From positions 1 to 42,647 of the forward strand of contig CAJWER010000001.1 of NCBI GenBank assembly GCA_913030785.1: DNA of 42,647 nucleotides. Reading direction: 5' to 3'. This document shows positions 35,348-42,647 of this stretch, piece by piece. This DNA is from an uncultured Chloroflexota bacterium. Lineage in GTDB: Bacteria > Chloroflexota > Dehalococcoidia > Lucifugimonadales > CAJWER01. Each line of letters begins with the position of its first letter. The first letter of the stretch is position 1. A program made the translations under genes and the position numbers. Under the pieces are notes generated by a model. It did no database searches. It saw only the letters and a program-made list of their open reading frames with translations, and was not told where the DNA came from.

Positions 35348-36578
35348 CCTGGGCCTCCAGAGAGTCGAGGTATTGCCGAATGTTGTGTACCAGGATGCTC
35401 TCGTGGAGCGGCGGGCAGTCGTCCTGACCGACATATACGACGACGATGCTGAAGCCTCGGGTCCGCACCGCGTTGAGGGATTCTGCGAACTCAGGGTACA
35501 TGTGGGACGTGCAGACGACGAGGGTGGAGCCCGGTGGCAGCCTGCGTGACTGTTCCAGCAGCATTTTCGACATTGGCGCCAGGGCGTAGGGGCGTATAGC
35601 GGCGAGGCTTGTCAGGATGGCGGTCATCTGATCTGTGCCCCTTCCCGGGGGGACAGTGATAGGTTTCCCTGCCAGGACGGGCAGGTCGTTGGAGATCATG
35701 CCGACGGTGTATTGTCGTCCGATTGCGTCGAAGGCGACGGATGAGGCCGCGGTGACGACCCGTTCGAGGTCATCTGGAAAGTATGCCTCCCAGTACGGGG
35801 TGGTAGTGTCGACTGTGACCACGACGACCACGTTGTAGGTGGAGCTTGGCTCGTAGGTTCTGACCTGGAGCTCCTGCATTCTGGCGGTGGCCTTCCAGTC
35901 GACGGACTTGAGGGGGTCGCCGAGACGGTACTCGCGCAGGCCCATGGGTCTGGCCGGGTCGCGGTAGATGGGCAGACCCTGGCGCACGTCGCCAAGGGGC
36001 CTAGCGGCGGGGATGCCGAGGTCGTTGAGCGGCACGACCTTTGGGTAGACGGTGATGATTTTTTGCACAAGTTCGTCGCCGCGGTTGCGAAGGAAACCGA
36101 AGGGATCACCGCTCTCCAGCCGGGCCGGGCCTATGCGGTGCATGCCGCGCTGGGTGCACTTGAACTTGTAGTGCCACCGGATTCGCTCGTACCAGGCCAT
36201 GGAGGTTGAGTGTTCCAGGGTCTGGACTTTTGGCCTGACGTTGGCGGCCACGTCTCCTTCGATCACCTCCAGGGCGTCGGGGAGTTCATCTTGAACGCGT
36301 ATCCAGGGCAGGGGCAAGGGCTTGCGATTCGTGAGGGTCACGGTCATGTGCAAATCCTCGCCGATGAAGGCACGGGACCCGGAAACCGTGCGCTCGTATG
36401 AGACCTCTTCGAGGGCGAGCCTGTTCCACACTAGGGAGATGGCGCCGGCGACGAGTCCCATGACTCCGAAGGCGATGACCAGCCCCTGGCCGAGTATGAT
36501 GCCGACGGCGATGATCAAGACGAAGAAGGCGATCCAGAGATCGTGCCAGAAATGGCCCGATAGGATTGAGCGCTTCAA
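35328..36578 (-). CDS. DUF58 domain protein (vWA-like, MoxR-associated)
   Basis: 416 aa. N-terminal TM pair and the hallmark 'LREYRLGDPLKSVDWKATAR'. Immediately downstream of the MoxR ATPase gene. Confidence 0.85.
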   Translation of the reverse strand: MKRSILSGHFWHDLWIAFFVLIIAVGIILGQGLVIAFGVMGLVAGAISLVWNRLALEEVSYERTVSGSRAFIGEDLHMTVTLTNRKPLPLPWIRVQDELPDALEVIEGDVAANVRPKVQTLEHSTSMAWYERIRWHYKFKCTQRGMHRIGPARLESGDPFGFLRNRGDELVQKIITVYPKVVPLNDLGIPAARPLGDVRQGLPIYRDPARPMGLREYRLGDPLKSVDWKATARMQELQVRTYEPSSTYNVVVVVTVDTTTPYWEAYFPDDLERVVTAASSVAFDAIGRQYTVGMISNDLPVLAGKPITVPPGRGTDQMTAILTSLAAIRPYALAPMSKMLLEQSRRLPPGSTLVVCTSHMYPEFAESLNAVRTRGFSIVVVYVGQDDCPPLHESILVHNIRQYLDSLEAQDEPVSG

Positions 36579-36581
36579 ATG

Positions 36582-37553
36582 CTACCTCTCGATGGGGACC
36601 GGGGCTGCCGACAGTATCTCTTCGACGAGTTGCTCGGCGGTGGTGCCGCGGAGTCTTGCGGTGGAGCTGAGGATCATTCGGTGTGGCAGGACGGAGGGCG
36701 CCAGAAGCTTGACGTCGTCGGGGATCACGAAGTCCCTGCCCTCGATTGCGGCCCATGCCTGGGTGGTCTTGTACAGGGCGAGTCCGGCCCTTGGGCTGGC
36801 GCCCAGGGAGATACCGGAGTGGACGCGAGTTCTGCCCACGATGTCGATGATGTAGTCACGAACGGGCTGGTCCACCCTCACAGTGGGGACTATATCCTGC
36901 GCGTACTTCAGCTCGTCCTCGGTGGTGACTGGCTCCAGATCGGGGAGGTTGAAGCCTGGCTCGAACCTCACAAAAATTTTGGACTCCTCTTCGGGGGTCG
37001 GGTATCCGAGAGTAACGCGAACCATGAACCGGTCGAGCTGCGCCTCGGGGAGCGGGAAGGTGCCCTCCATTTCTATGGGGTTTTGGGTCGCCAAGACCAG
37101 GAATGGCCGGGGCAGGGCCATTGTGACGCCGTCGATGGTGGCCTGGACCTCCTGCATCGCCTCGAGTAGAGCGGACTGGGTCCTGGGGGTGGCTCGGTTG
37201 ATCTCGTCGGCCAGGAGCACCTGGCTGAAGATTGGCCCCGGCCGGAACTCGAATTCGGATGTGCGCTGGTTGAAGAAGTTGACGCCGACTACGTCGTTGG
37301 GCATCAGGTCAGGGGTGAACTGGATGCGCTTGAATGTGCAGCCAAGGGACTGGGAGAGGGCCTTGGAGAGCGTGGTCTTGCCGATACCGGGTACGTCCTC
37401 TACGAGGATGTGCCCCCCGCAGAGGAGGGCGACCATAGATAGGTCGATGGCGCGATCCTTGCCGACGATGACTAGCTGGACGCTCTCTCGGACGCGGGTG
37501 GCGAGCTCCTGAACCTTGGTGATGTTTCCCGATTCGTCCATGTGGTCTCCCAA
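36582..37553 (-). CDS. MoxR-family AAA+ ATPase
   Basis: 323 aa. Walker A 'DVPGIGKT', 'LLADEINRATPRTQSALLEAMQE', 'VLATQNPIE'. Confidence 0.9.
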   Translation of the reverse strand: MGDHMDESGNITKVQELATRVRESVQLVIVGKDRAIDLSMVALLCGGHILVEDVPGIGKTTLSKALSQSLGCTFKRIQFTPDLMPNDVVGVNFFNQRTSEFEFRPGPIFSQVLLADEINRATPRTQSALLEAMQEVQATIDGVTMALPRPFLVLATQNPIEMEGTFPLPEAQLDRFMVRVTLGYPTPEEESKIFVRFEPGFNLPDLEPVTTEDELKYAQDIVPTVRVDQPVRDYIIDIVGRTRVHSGISLGASPRAGLALYKTTQAWAAIEGRDFVIPDDVKLLAPSVLPHRMILSSTARLRGTTAEQLVEEILSAAPVPIER

Positions 37554-37774
37554 TAGTGGCGGTGCCGTCTTGACGTGTATACGTATTGGGGCAAATTGCC
37601 TATGTATGTGGCGGGAAGGGGCCTGAGTGTCCGGCGCGACCGTCGCGTAGTATAGATGTTTCGCATGGACGCCGCAAAATGGGCGGCTGGGTGCGCCATC
37701 GGTTATATTAGAGATATGAGGCCAGTGGTGAGGATAGCCACGAGGGGCCCGATCGACTCAGGAGGCCGGTAGCT

Positions 37775-38068
37775 GTGCGGACGTTGAGTGCAATACTGCC
37801 GACAGCGACGATGGCGTTGACGGTGGCTGCCGCGGTGTACGCGTACCGGACAAAGCAGCCCGAGGGACGGATCCTGAATGTGCCTTACGACTTCCGCATG
37901 CCGACGATGGAGAGGCTGCGCCGCCGGGTTTGGAACCCCGATGAACCGCGGGTGTTTACGCCGGCGATTTTTGGGGTGGGCTGGTCACTGAACTTTTTCC
38001 AGGTGGTGCGGCAGCTACGAGGCGACGAGCCGCCGGACGATCAACCGCCAGACGACGGAGCGGTCTGA
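37775..38068 (+). CDS. Small membrane protein, DUF5808-like
   Basis: 97 aa, GTG start with GGAGG upstream. N-terminal TM and 'NPDEPRVFTPAIFGVGWSLNF', which resembles the DUF5808 motif. Confidence 0.5.
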   Translation: MRTLSAILPTATMALTVAAAVYAYRTKQPEGRILNVPYDFRMPTMERLRRRVWNPDEPRVFTPAIFGVGWSLNFFQVVRQLRGDEPPDDQPPDDGAV

Positions 38069-38092
38069 CCTGCCGTCGATCAGGTATCGCAT

Positions 38093-38166
38093 TGCCCGGT
38101 GGTGTAGTGGCAACACAAAGGACTTTGAATCCTTTGACCCAGGTTCGAATCCTGGCCGGGCAGCCA
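38093..38166 (+). tRNA. tRNA-Gln (anticodon UUG), CCA encoded
   Basis: Cloverleaf by hand: acceptor tgcccgg/ccgggca, D stem gtgt/acac, anticodon stem aagga/tcctt with loop cTTTGaa, 4-nt variable loop, T arm ccagg-ttcgaat-cctgg, discriminator g, then cca. Confidence 0.9.
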
Positions 38167-38189
38167 GACGATGCATCGCATTAACTAGG

Positions 38190-38217
38190 GGCTCCGGGCA
38201 AACACCCGGAGCCTTTC
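38190..38217 (+). terminator. Hairpin downstream of tRNA-Gln (putative terminator)
   Basis: 9-bp perfect stem 'ggctccggg'/'cccggagcc' with loop 'caaaca', followed by 'tttcgtc' (short U-tract). Confidence 0.45.
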
Positions 38218-38262
38218 GTCATTAACTCGAAATGGATTTTGCCGACATTTTGCCGATATCAC

Positions 38263-39054
38263 TCACAGAGTGGCTTCTTGAACATCCTCAAGGGTCGACT
38301 CAAAGGCGAGCGCAGCTTTTTCTTGCAGCCCAGGGAGCACGTGCGAATACGTATCTAACGTGATGGCGATACTGGAATGTCCCAATCTCTCCTGGACCAC
38401 CTTCGGGTGAACGCCTGCTAGCAACAAGAGCGTCGCGTGGGTGTGACGTAAGTCGTGGAGTCGGATCCGCGGTATGTCCAACCCCTGCACCAGTTTTCTA
38501 AATCTGTGGGTAACGACATCGGGATCCAGGTGTCGCCCGTCCGAGCGGGTGAATACCCAGTCTTCATCTCGCCAGAGAGGTCCTAGCCCGAGGCGGAGTT
38601 CAGCTTGAGTCGCCCCGTGCTGTCTGAGGGCAGTCACAGCGACAGGTCCTAGAGAGATGCGTCGTCTATCCGCCGAACTCTTGGGCTCCGCGACTATGTA
38701 GCCCTTGCCAGATACAACTCTCAAAGCCCTCTGGACGGAGAGCATCCCCTGAGACAGCTCTACGTCCTGCCATTTCAGGCCCAACAGCTCTCCTCGCCTG
38801 AGTCCCGTATGGGCGGCGAGCAACAACAGACTTCCCATCCCTGCCTCTTCCGCGGCGTAGAGGAGTGTCTTGAGGTCTGCCGGTGGGAGCACCTGCATCT
38901 CCCTGGTCGATTTTCTTGGAGGCGTCACCGTTTCTGTGACATTTCTCAAGGCAACGCCCCACTTCACCGCGTCTTTGAGGGCCTTGTGTAGGATTCGGTG
39001 GGCCTGGTTGACTGTCGAGCCTGACAGGCCCCTTGAAGTCATGGCCTCTTCCAT
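38263..39054 (-). CDS. Tyrosine-type site-specific recombinase/integrase, probably N-terminally truncated
   Basis: Catalytic residues in context: 'GLRRGELLGLKW' (R), 'HDLRHTHATLLL' (H-x-x-R), 'LGHSSIAITLDTYSH' (H, Y). Only 263 aa. An in-frame TGA lies two codons upstream of the ATG, and no arm- or core-binding domain is recognisable in other frames. Confidence 0.8.
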   Translation of the reverse strand: MEEAMTSRGLSGSTVNQAHRILHKALKDAVKWGVALRNVTETVTPPRKSTREMQVLPPADLKTLLYAAEEAGMGSLLLLAAHTGLRRGELLGLKWQDVELSQGMLSVQRALRVVSGKGYIVAEPKSSADRRRISLGPVAVTALRQHGATQAELRLGLGPLWRDEDWVFTRSDGRHLDPDVVTHRFRKLVQGLDIPRIRLHDLRHTHATLLLLAGVHPKVVQERLGHSSIAITLDTYSHVLPGLQEKAALAFESTLEDVQEATL

Positions 39055-39317
39055 GCCAACTCATGGACATAATGAAATCCACCTTGCGAGTCCGTGGTGG
39101 GTGTGTTCGTGCTAGTTGAGATTTGCTCATGAGCGAGTCTGCCCTGACCCCATTGCTTGCCTGAGCTCGGGCTCTGCTCTAGATGCTTCGATCTATAAAT
39201 CTCCTGCGGAGCCACCTGTCCTGTGCGCTTTTCCCTTGTGACAATGATCTTGATAAGCACGGCCAGGACAATTGCGGCAAGTACACTAACCAAGAAAGTG
39301 GCAGTTCCCCCATCCAT
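39039..39317 (-). CDS. Hypothetical small single-TM protein
   Basis: ATG 39317 with AGGAGG 6 nt upstream. 'FLVSVLAAIVLAVLIKIIV' is a TM segment. The 3' part runs over the integrase start in another frame, so its real length is doubtful. Confidence 0.3.
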   Translation of the reverse strand: MDGGTATFLVSVLAAIVLAVLIKIIVTREKRTGQVAPQEIYRSKHLEQSPSSGKQWGQGRLAHEQISTSTNTPTTDSQGGFHYVHELAWKRP

Positions 39318-39373
39318 TCTTAACCTCCTCTTGCCAGTTGCCAGCTCGCAGATCACGGACTCGACTCAGACGC

Positions 39374-40561
39374 CTACGCATTCCAATCCAGCCAGGGACG
39401 GTACATACTGCCACCGCGGACCGTGTCCACGTGCTCGAGCCTTTGCCTTGCTTCGACCCGCACGGGGGCTTCCCACTTCAGGTTTTGGAAACGTAGGCTT
39501 GTACTCACGCGATCGACCAGTGGAAATCTGCCCTCTGCGAGGCGCAAAATTGTCGCGTCACCTGCAGCGCCCACGGCCAGCGTCCCGAGGGTGTCGCCCA
39601 TCCCCATGATCGCAGCGGTGCTCTGAGTCGTGAGCCTTACCACCTCGTCCAACGACAGACCCAGGTACAAGAACTTCGACATGGTCGTCACCATATCGAA
39701 CACAGGCCCGCCTATGCTCCCTTGGTGTAGGTCTGTGCTGATGTTTCCGGGCGGCAGACCATCTGCTATAGCCCTCTCCGCGTTTGTAAAGGAGAATCCG
39801 CCGCCTCCGTGTCCCACGTCGAATACCACTCCTCGCCGCGCCGCCTCCTTGAAGCCGTCACGGACCTTGCCGCTCTCATCGATCAGCACATCCTCGAAGC
39901 CGCCGAAGCTGTGGGTCACCACGTCGCCGGGCCTGAGCATTTTGCATAGTTCTTCCAATGGAGTCGCGGTGTTGCCGACGTGAATCATTACAAAGCCGCC
40001 CATGGCCTCGGCGGCCTCCAGCGAGCGCTTTAACGCCTCCACATCGTTTTCTAGGGCCTGGACCCTGCCGAGGCGCGCCTTAATCCCCAGCACATACCGT
40101 TTGTTTCCCCGCCATGACTCCACCGCCTCGTCGACGTCGGCCCAGCGCATGTCCTCAAGTTCGCCAATGTGGTTGCCCCCAACCATGCCCATGGAGGATA
40201 TGTTTAGGAGGGCGAAAAGCCTGGTATCGGAGCGCTCGATGATCCACTTCCGGAACGCAGGAAACGTGCGCGCCCCTGCGGAGCCGGCGTCTACAGCGGT
40301 AGTGACGCCCTTTGCCACGTTTACGGGGTCTGGCGGCAGGCCGGGGTCCGACGCTCCCCAGTAGGCGTGGGCGTGGAGATCGATGAGGCCGGGCGTGACC
40401 AAAAGCCCTGAGGCGTCTACGACCTCGCGCGCTTCAGCCGCCGGGATCTTCGGCCGGACGGCGGCGACCTTGCCGTTCGCAAAGGCCACGTCCATCTCCG
40501 CGTGCAGGCCCTGCGACGGATCAATCACCGTCCCTCCCCGTACCGCTAGATCGTATGGCAT
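39374..40561 (-). CDS. Amidohydrolase / deacetylase-family metallohydrolase, paralog 2
   Basis: 395 aa, collinear with 28632-29825 over its full length (by eye roughly 55-60% identical). Shared blocks: 'TPGLIDLHAHAYWG', 'PDPVNVAKGVTT', 'FALLNISS', 'RPGDVVTH', 'FDVGHG.GGFSF', 'GTLAVGA.GDA'. Confidence 0.8.
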   Translation of the reverse strand: MPYDLAVRGGTVIDPSQGLHAEMDVAFANGKVAAVRPKIPAAEAREVVDASGLLVTPGLIDLHAHAYWGASDPGLPPDPVNVAKGVTTAVDAGSAGARTFPAFRKWIIERSDTRLFALLNISSMGMVGGNHIGELEDMRWADVDEAVESWRGNKRYVLGIKARLGRVQALENDVEALKRSLEAAEAMGGFVMIHVGNTATPLEELCKMLRPGDVVTHSFGGFEDVLIDESGKVRDGFKEAARRGVVFDVGHGGGGFSFTNAERAIADGLPPGNISTDLHQGSIGGPVFDMVTTMSKFLYLGLSLDEVVRLTTQSTAAIMGMGDTLGTLAVGAAGDATILRLAEGRFPLVDRVSTSLRFQNLKWEAPVRVEARQRLEHVDTVRGGSMYRPWLDWNA

Positions 40562-40666
40562 ATGTTCACCTCCACATGTCTTTTCAGTTGGCCGAGGTCA
40601 TGGTAGCGAAAAGCGAGGCCGTCTATGGCGCATCGGTCGAACCCGAATGGATATCATCCGCGAGCA

Positions 40667-40840
40667 CTATGTCTTCATCGTAGACAGGGCGACGTCAGGG
40701 TCAGTGAGCAGGCGAGACGCCTCGACCGCGATTGTGTGTGGCGCGGCGTGCGTGTTGTAGGCGTGACGGTATGCCGCTGAGGCGTTGCCGCTGTTAGCTA
40801 CGTACTCTTCGGCGAAGGCCTGCTTTTTGACAGTGAACAT
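40667..40840 (-). pseudogene. Fragment of a phage terminase small subunit (N-terminal ~57 codons)
   Basis: 'KKQAFAEEYVANSGNASAAYRHAY....AVEASRLLTDPDV' follows the Terminase_2 N-terminal HTH pattern (KQ.F..EY....N...AA..AGY......A..LL..P.V). It stops far short of the usual ~150 aa. Confidence 0.5.
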
Positions 40841-40938
40841 GGCGCCCCTCACATTCCTGCACTACCTACGACCACATGCGCTGAGCAGTAGTAGCAAGCT
40901 GAGAAGACTACTAACTACTAGCGTGTGTTTCATGAGGG

Positions 40939-41784
40939 CTACTTCCCTTCGGAGCCGACTAATCGGTGGTGGCGGACTGCTTCTGTTTCCTCAGCTTCAC
41001 TTAGCACAGAATCGGGTAATATGATTTTAGGCATACGGAACGGCTTTTCTTGGACGAACGGTTCGGCGTATTGCGTTCCTGAAAACCAGCCAGCGTTGCC
41101 TAAAGTAACTTCCATCCTTTTTTTGGCAAATTCTGGAGTGTGCCCTTGGGAGATATAAGTTGCCTCAGCTTGAACTCGCTTCTCAAAGTAGTCGGTAACA
41201 TCAACTACAAAATCCCACTCGTCTCGCTCAAAGTACACTCCTGGGAAGAAGGTAGCCGGGATCTTGTGGATAGGGAGTGAATCTTCGTAGCGTGGTATCG
41301 CTGCCAAAAACCCTGCTTCAATTGAGGCGAAACCTGTCTCGCTGTGGTCGTCTCGGGCACCAAGTTTATGTCCTCTGCGGCCCGTCAAATAAGGGCTCTG
41401 AGTAATCATAATGTGGGGACGAACTTCGAGGATGATTTCCCTGAGCGCGTCGACAGCCCCCGGGTTCTTTTCCAATGTAAACGGCTTGTCTGCATAGGGC
41501 AGTATACGAACGTCTGTAATGCCGAATATATTGCAAGCAGTTGCCAGTTCGTCTGCCTTTTGTTTTGTATAATCTCTATTGATCTTCTCGATTAGTTGCT
41601 GGTCTCTGTTTTGACGGGGTTTTGCCATTTCTTCAGAGAGCTTTTGATTATGGGTTGAAGCACCGCCAGTCATCGAAACGACTGTAGCCGTATCGCCGTC
41701 AGCGACGTGTATACCTAGGGTTCCTGCGTAATGAGTAAAATCATGTGGATGAGCATTGATACCGAGTATTCTTAGACCCGCCAT
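40939..41784 (-). CDS. PIG-L/LmbE-family deacetylase
   Basis: 281 aa. 'ILGINAHPHDFTHYAGTL' (AHPDD-type metal motif) and 'VVSMTGG'. AGGAGG ribosome-binding site. Markedly lower GC than the rest of the window. Confidence 0.7.
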   Translation of the reverse strand: MAGLRILGINAHPHDFTHYAGTLGIHVADGDTATVVSMTGGASTHNQKLSEEMAKPRQNRDQQLIEKINRDYTKQKADELATACNIFGITDVRILPYADKPFTLEKNPGAVDALREIILEVRPHIMITQSPYLTGRRGHKLGARDDHSETGFASIEAGFLAAIPRYEDSLPIHKIPATFFPGVYFERDEWDFVVDVTDYFEKRVQAEATYISQGHTPEFAKKRMEVTLGNAGWFSGTQYAEPFVQEKPFRMPKIILPDSVLSEAEETEAVRHHRLVGSEGK

Positions 41785-42134
41785 TATTAATCCTCCTAGA
41801 TAGTATGATATTTATACCTTGAATAACGACCCATATTACCGACTGACATCGTTTGGAAGATTCATCTATCCCTCCTCCCCTGTACCTAATCCTCCAATGG
41901 GACTTCTAGCCGTTAGGTTCTAGCCCACCACCCCGCATGACCCTGCATCTGGGGGCAGTATAGCCTAGGGGAAAGGGGACGGAGGGCTAGGGCTTAGGTG
42001 GGAGGTGTAGCAGCTAGGGCTACGGGCCAACAGGTGACAGGGACTTTGACTTCTCAAGAACAAAACGAAATGAGCAGAGATAGTTGTCAATGCCGTCACA
42101 ACGGCATTCGTTTGCAGTTGTATGGAGCCTAAAG

Positions 42135-42190
42135 GATCAGGAGGTTACTGAGTCAGGGCAGTCCGAAGATCAGGAGGTTATGGAGTCAGG
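42135..42190 (+). repeat. Two 23-bp direct repeats (33-bp period) in an AT-rich intergenic region
   Basis: 'gatcaggaggttactgagtcagg' (42135-42157) and 'gatcaggaggttatggagtcagg' (42168-42190), 21/23 identical. Followed by the tandem 9-mer 'tcagccagt' x2. Confidence 0.8.
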
Positions 42191-42317
42191 ACATTGGGAT
42201 TCAATCAGGTCAGCCAGTTCAGCCAGTCCCTTTTTTATTCGAAATTTCCATTTTAAGGATTGGAATTAAAAAATGTCAGTTGGTAAGATGATGAATTACG
42301 CCGTCGCGAACACATAA

Positions 42318-42647
42318 AACTTCGAAAATCTTCCAAACCCCTTTGGGGGTCCTGAGAAATCGACGATTTCTATTAACCTCGACCCTCAGGCTATCCGACG
42401 GCTTGGATCGAAGCCCTGGCTGGGGAATTCCGCTGGTTATTATGACCACCTTCACATCATTGATGCCGGTGACGGTGTCCCCATCTGGACCCATGAGGGC
42501 AGTCTGCCGATGATGCACCTGGGCCGTTCCCTGACGCTGACTCACGATTGGGATGGTGACGGTATCAACGACGTGGCCGTGGGGGCTCCTGGGGCCGCCC
42601 CTCGCGGGCGCATAGGGGCGGGGTCGGTGGAGGTCCTGTCGGGCGCT
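42318..42647 (+). CDS. FG-GAP repeat protein, partial (runs off the window); start unresolved
   Basis: Open frame from the TAA at 42315 to the window end. '...IIDAGDGVPIWTHEGS....LGRSLTLTHDWDGDGINDVAVGAPGAAPRGRIGAGSVEVLSGA' is a classic FG-GAP/integrin-alpha repeat. The only in-frame ATGs are at 42273 (before the TAA) and 42510. Confidence 0.6.

Larger units (their letters stand above)
38167..42426. mobile_element. Decayed tRNA-Gln-associated integrative element / prophage remnant (boundaries tentative)
   Basis: A tyrosine recombinase directly follows the tRNA 3' end. There is a terminase-small-subunit fragment, then a low-GC segment (about 40900-42420). A degenerate copy of the tRNA 3' end lies at 42408-42426, where GC content returns to the host level. 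Confidence 0.4.

Noticed and set aside
38666-39130. 154-aa alternative-frame ORF as the missing N-terminal domain of the integrase (frameshift hypothesis)
   Set aside because: Neither this frame nor the third frame upstream of 39054 shows anything resembling a SAM-like/core-binding or arm-binding domain. Truncation fits better than a single frameshift.
42084-42101. Fourth Rex-like site 'ttgtcaatgccgtcacaa'
   Set aside because: It matches 12 of the 14 specified consensus positions. However, it is dominated by a different, better palindrome ('aatgccgt-caca-acggcatt'), lies in the foreign AT-rich block, and has no adjacent promoter or gene start.

Overview
GC-rich (about 60%) bacterial chromosomal segment. 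It is mostly housekeeping and energy-metabolism genes, with an accessory-looking right end. The protein signatures are reminiscent of Chloroflexota, but I cannot confirm that without a database search.

Main content, left to right:
- A DUF2723 membrane glycosyltransferase.
- A promoter, cobalamin riboswitch and terminator leader, followed by a btuF/btuC/btuD-like ABC importer and a roughly 39-codon remnant of cobQ.
- A beta-propeller lactonase, a MidA/NDUFAF7-like methyltransferase and citrate synthase.
- The redox repressor gene rex, lying convergent to a complete F1Fo ATP synthase operon (atpZ-B-E-F-H-A-G-D-C, minus strand).
- A bifunctional-nuclease-family gene, a DUF951 gene, pyrF, sfsA and an EndoIII-like gene.
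- A membrane-anchored cupredoxin gene interrupted by an in-frame TAA.
- modABC, formaldehyde dehydrogenase and a NifU-like gene.
- A run of metabolic genes of uncertain role: amidohydrolase, ThrC-like enzyme, beta-propeller hydrolase-like protein, class-III aminotransferase and a TauE exporter.
- MoxR and DUF58.
- tRNA-Gln(UUG), followed by a decayed integrative element: truncated tyrosine recombinase, a second amidohydrolase paralog, a terminase-small-subunit fragment and a low-GC PIG-L deacetylase. The window ends in a partial FG-GAP repeat ORF.

Structure the genes do not explain:
1. A mosaic family of hairpin-forming intergenic repeats at 13 loci. All alignable copies are in one orientation, and several sit inside operons.
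2. Near-consensus Rex operators, one overlapping the -10 of the atp operon promoter and one in front of the cupredoxin gene.
3. Several gene-decay signatures: the cobQ stub, the nonsense codon in the cupredoxin, and the truncated integrase and terminase.

I found no CRISPR array, rRNA, intact transposase or recognisable defence system. All coordinates for repeats, promoters and alternative starts were derived by eye and are approximate to a few nucleotides.
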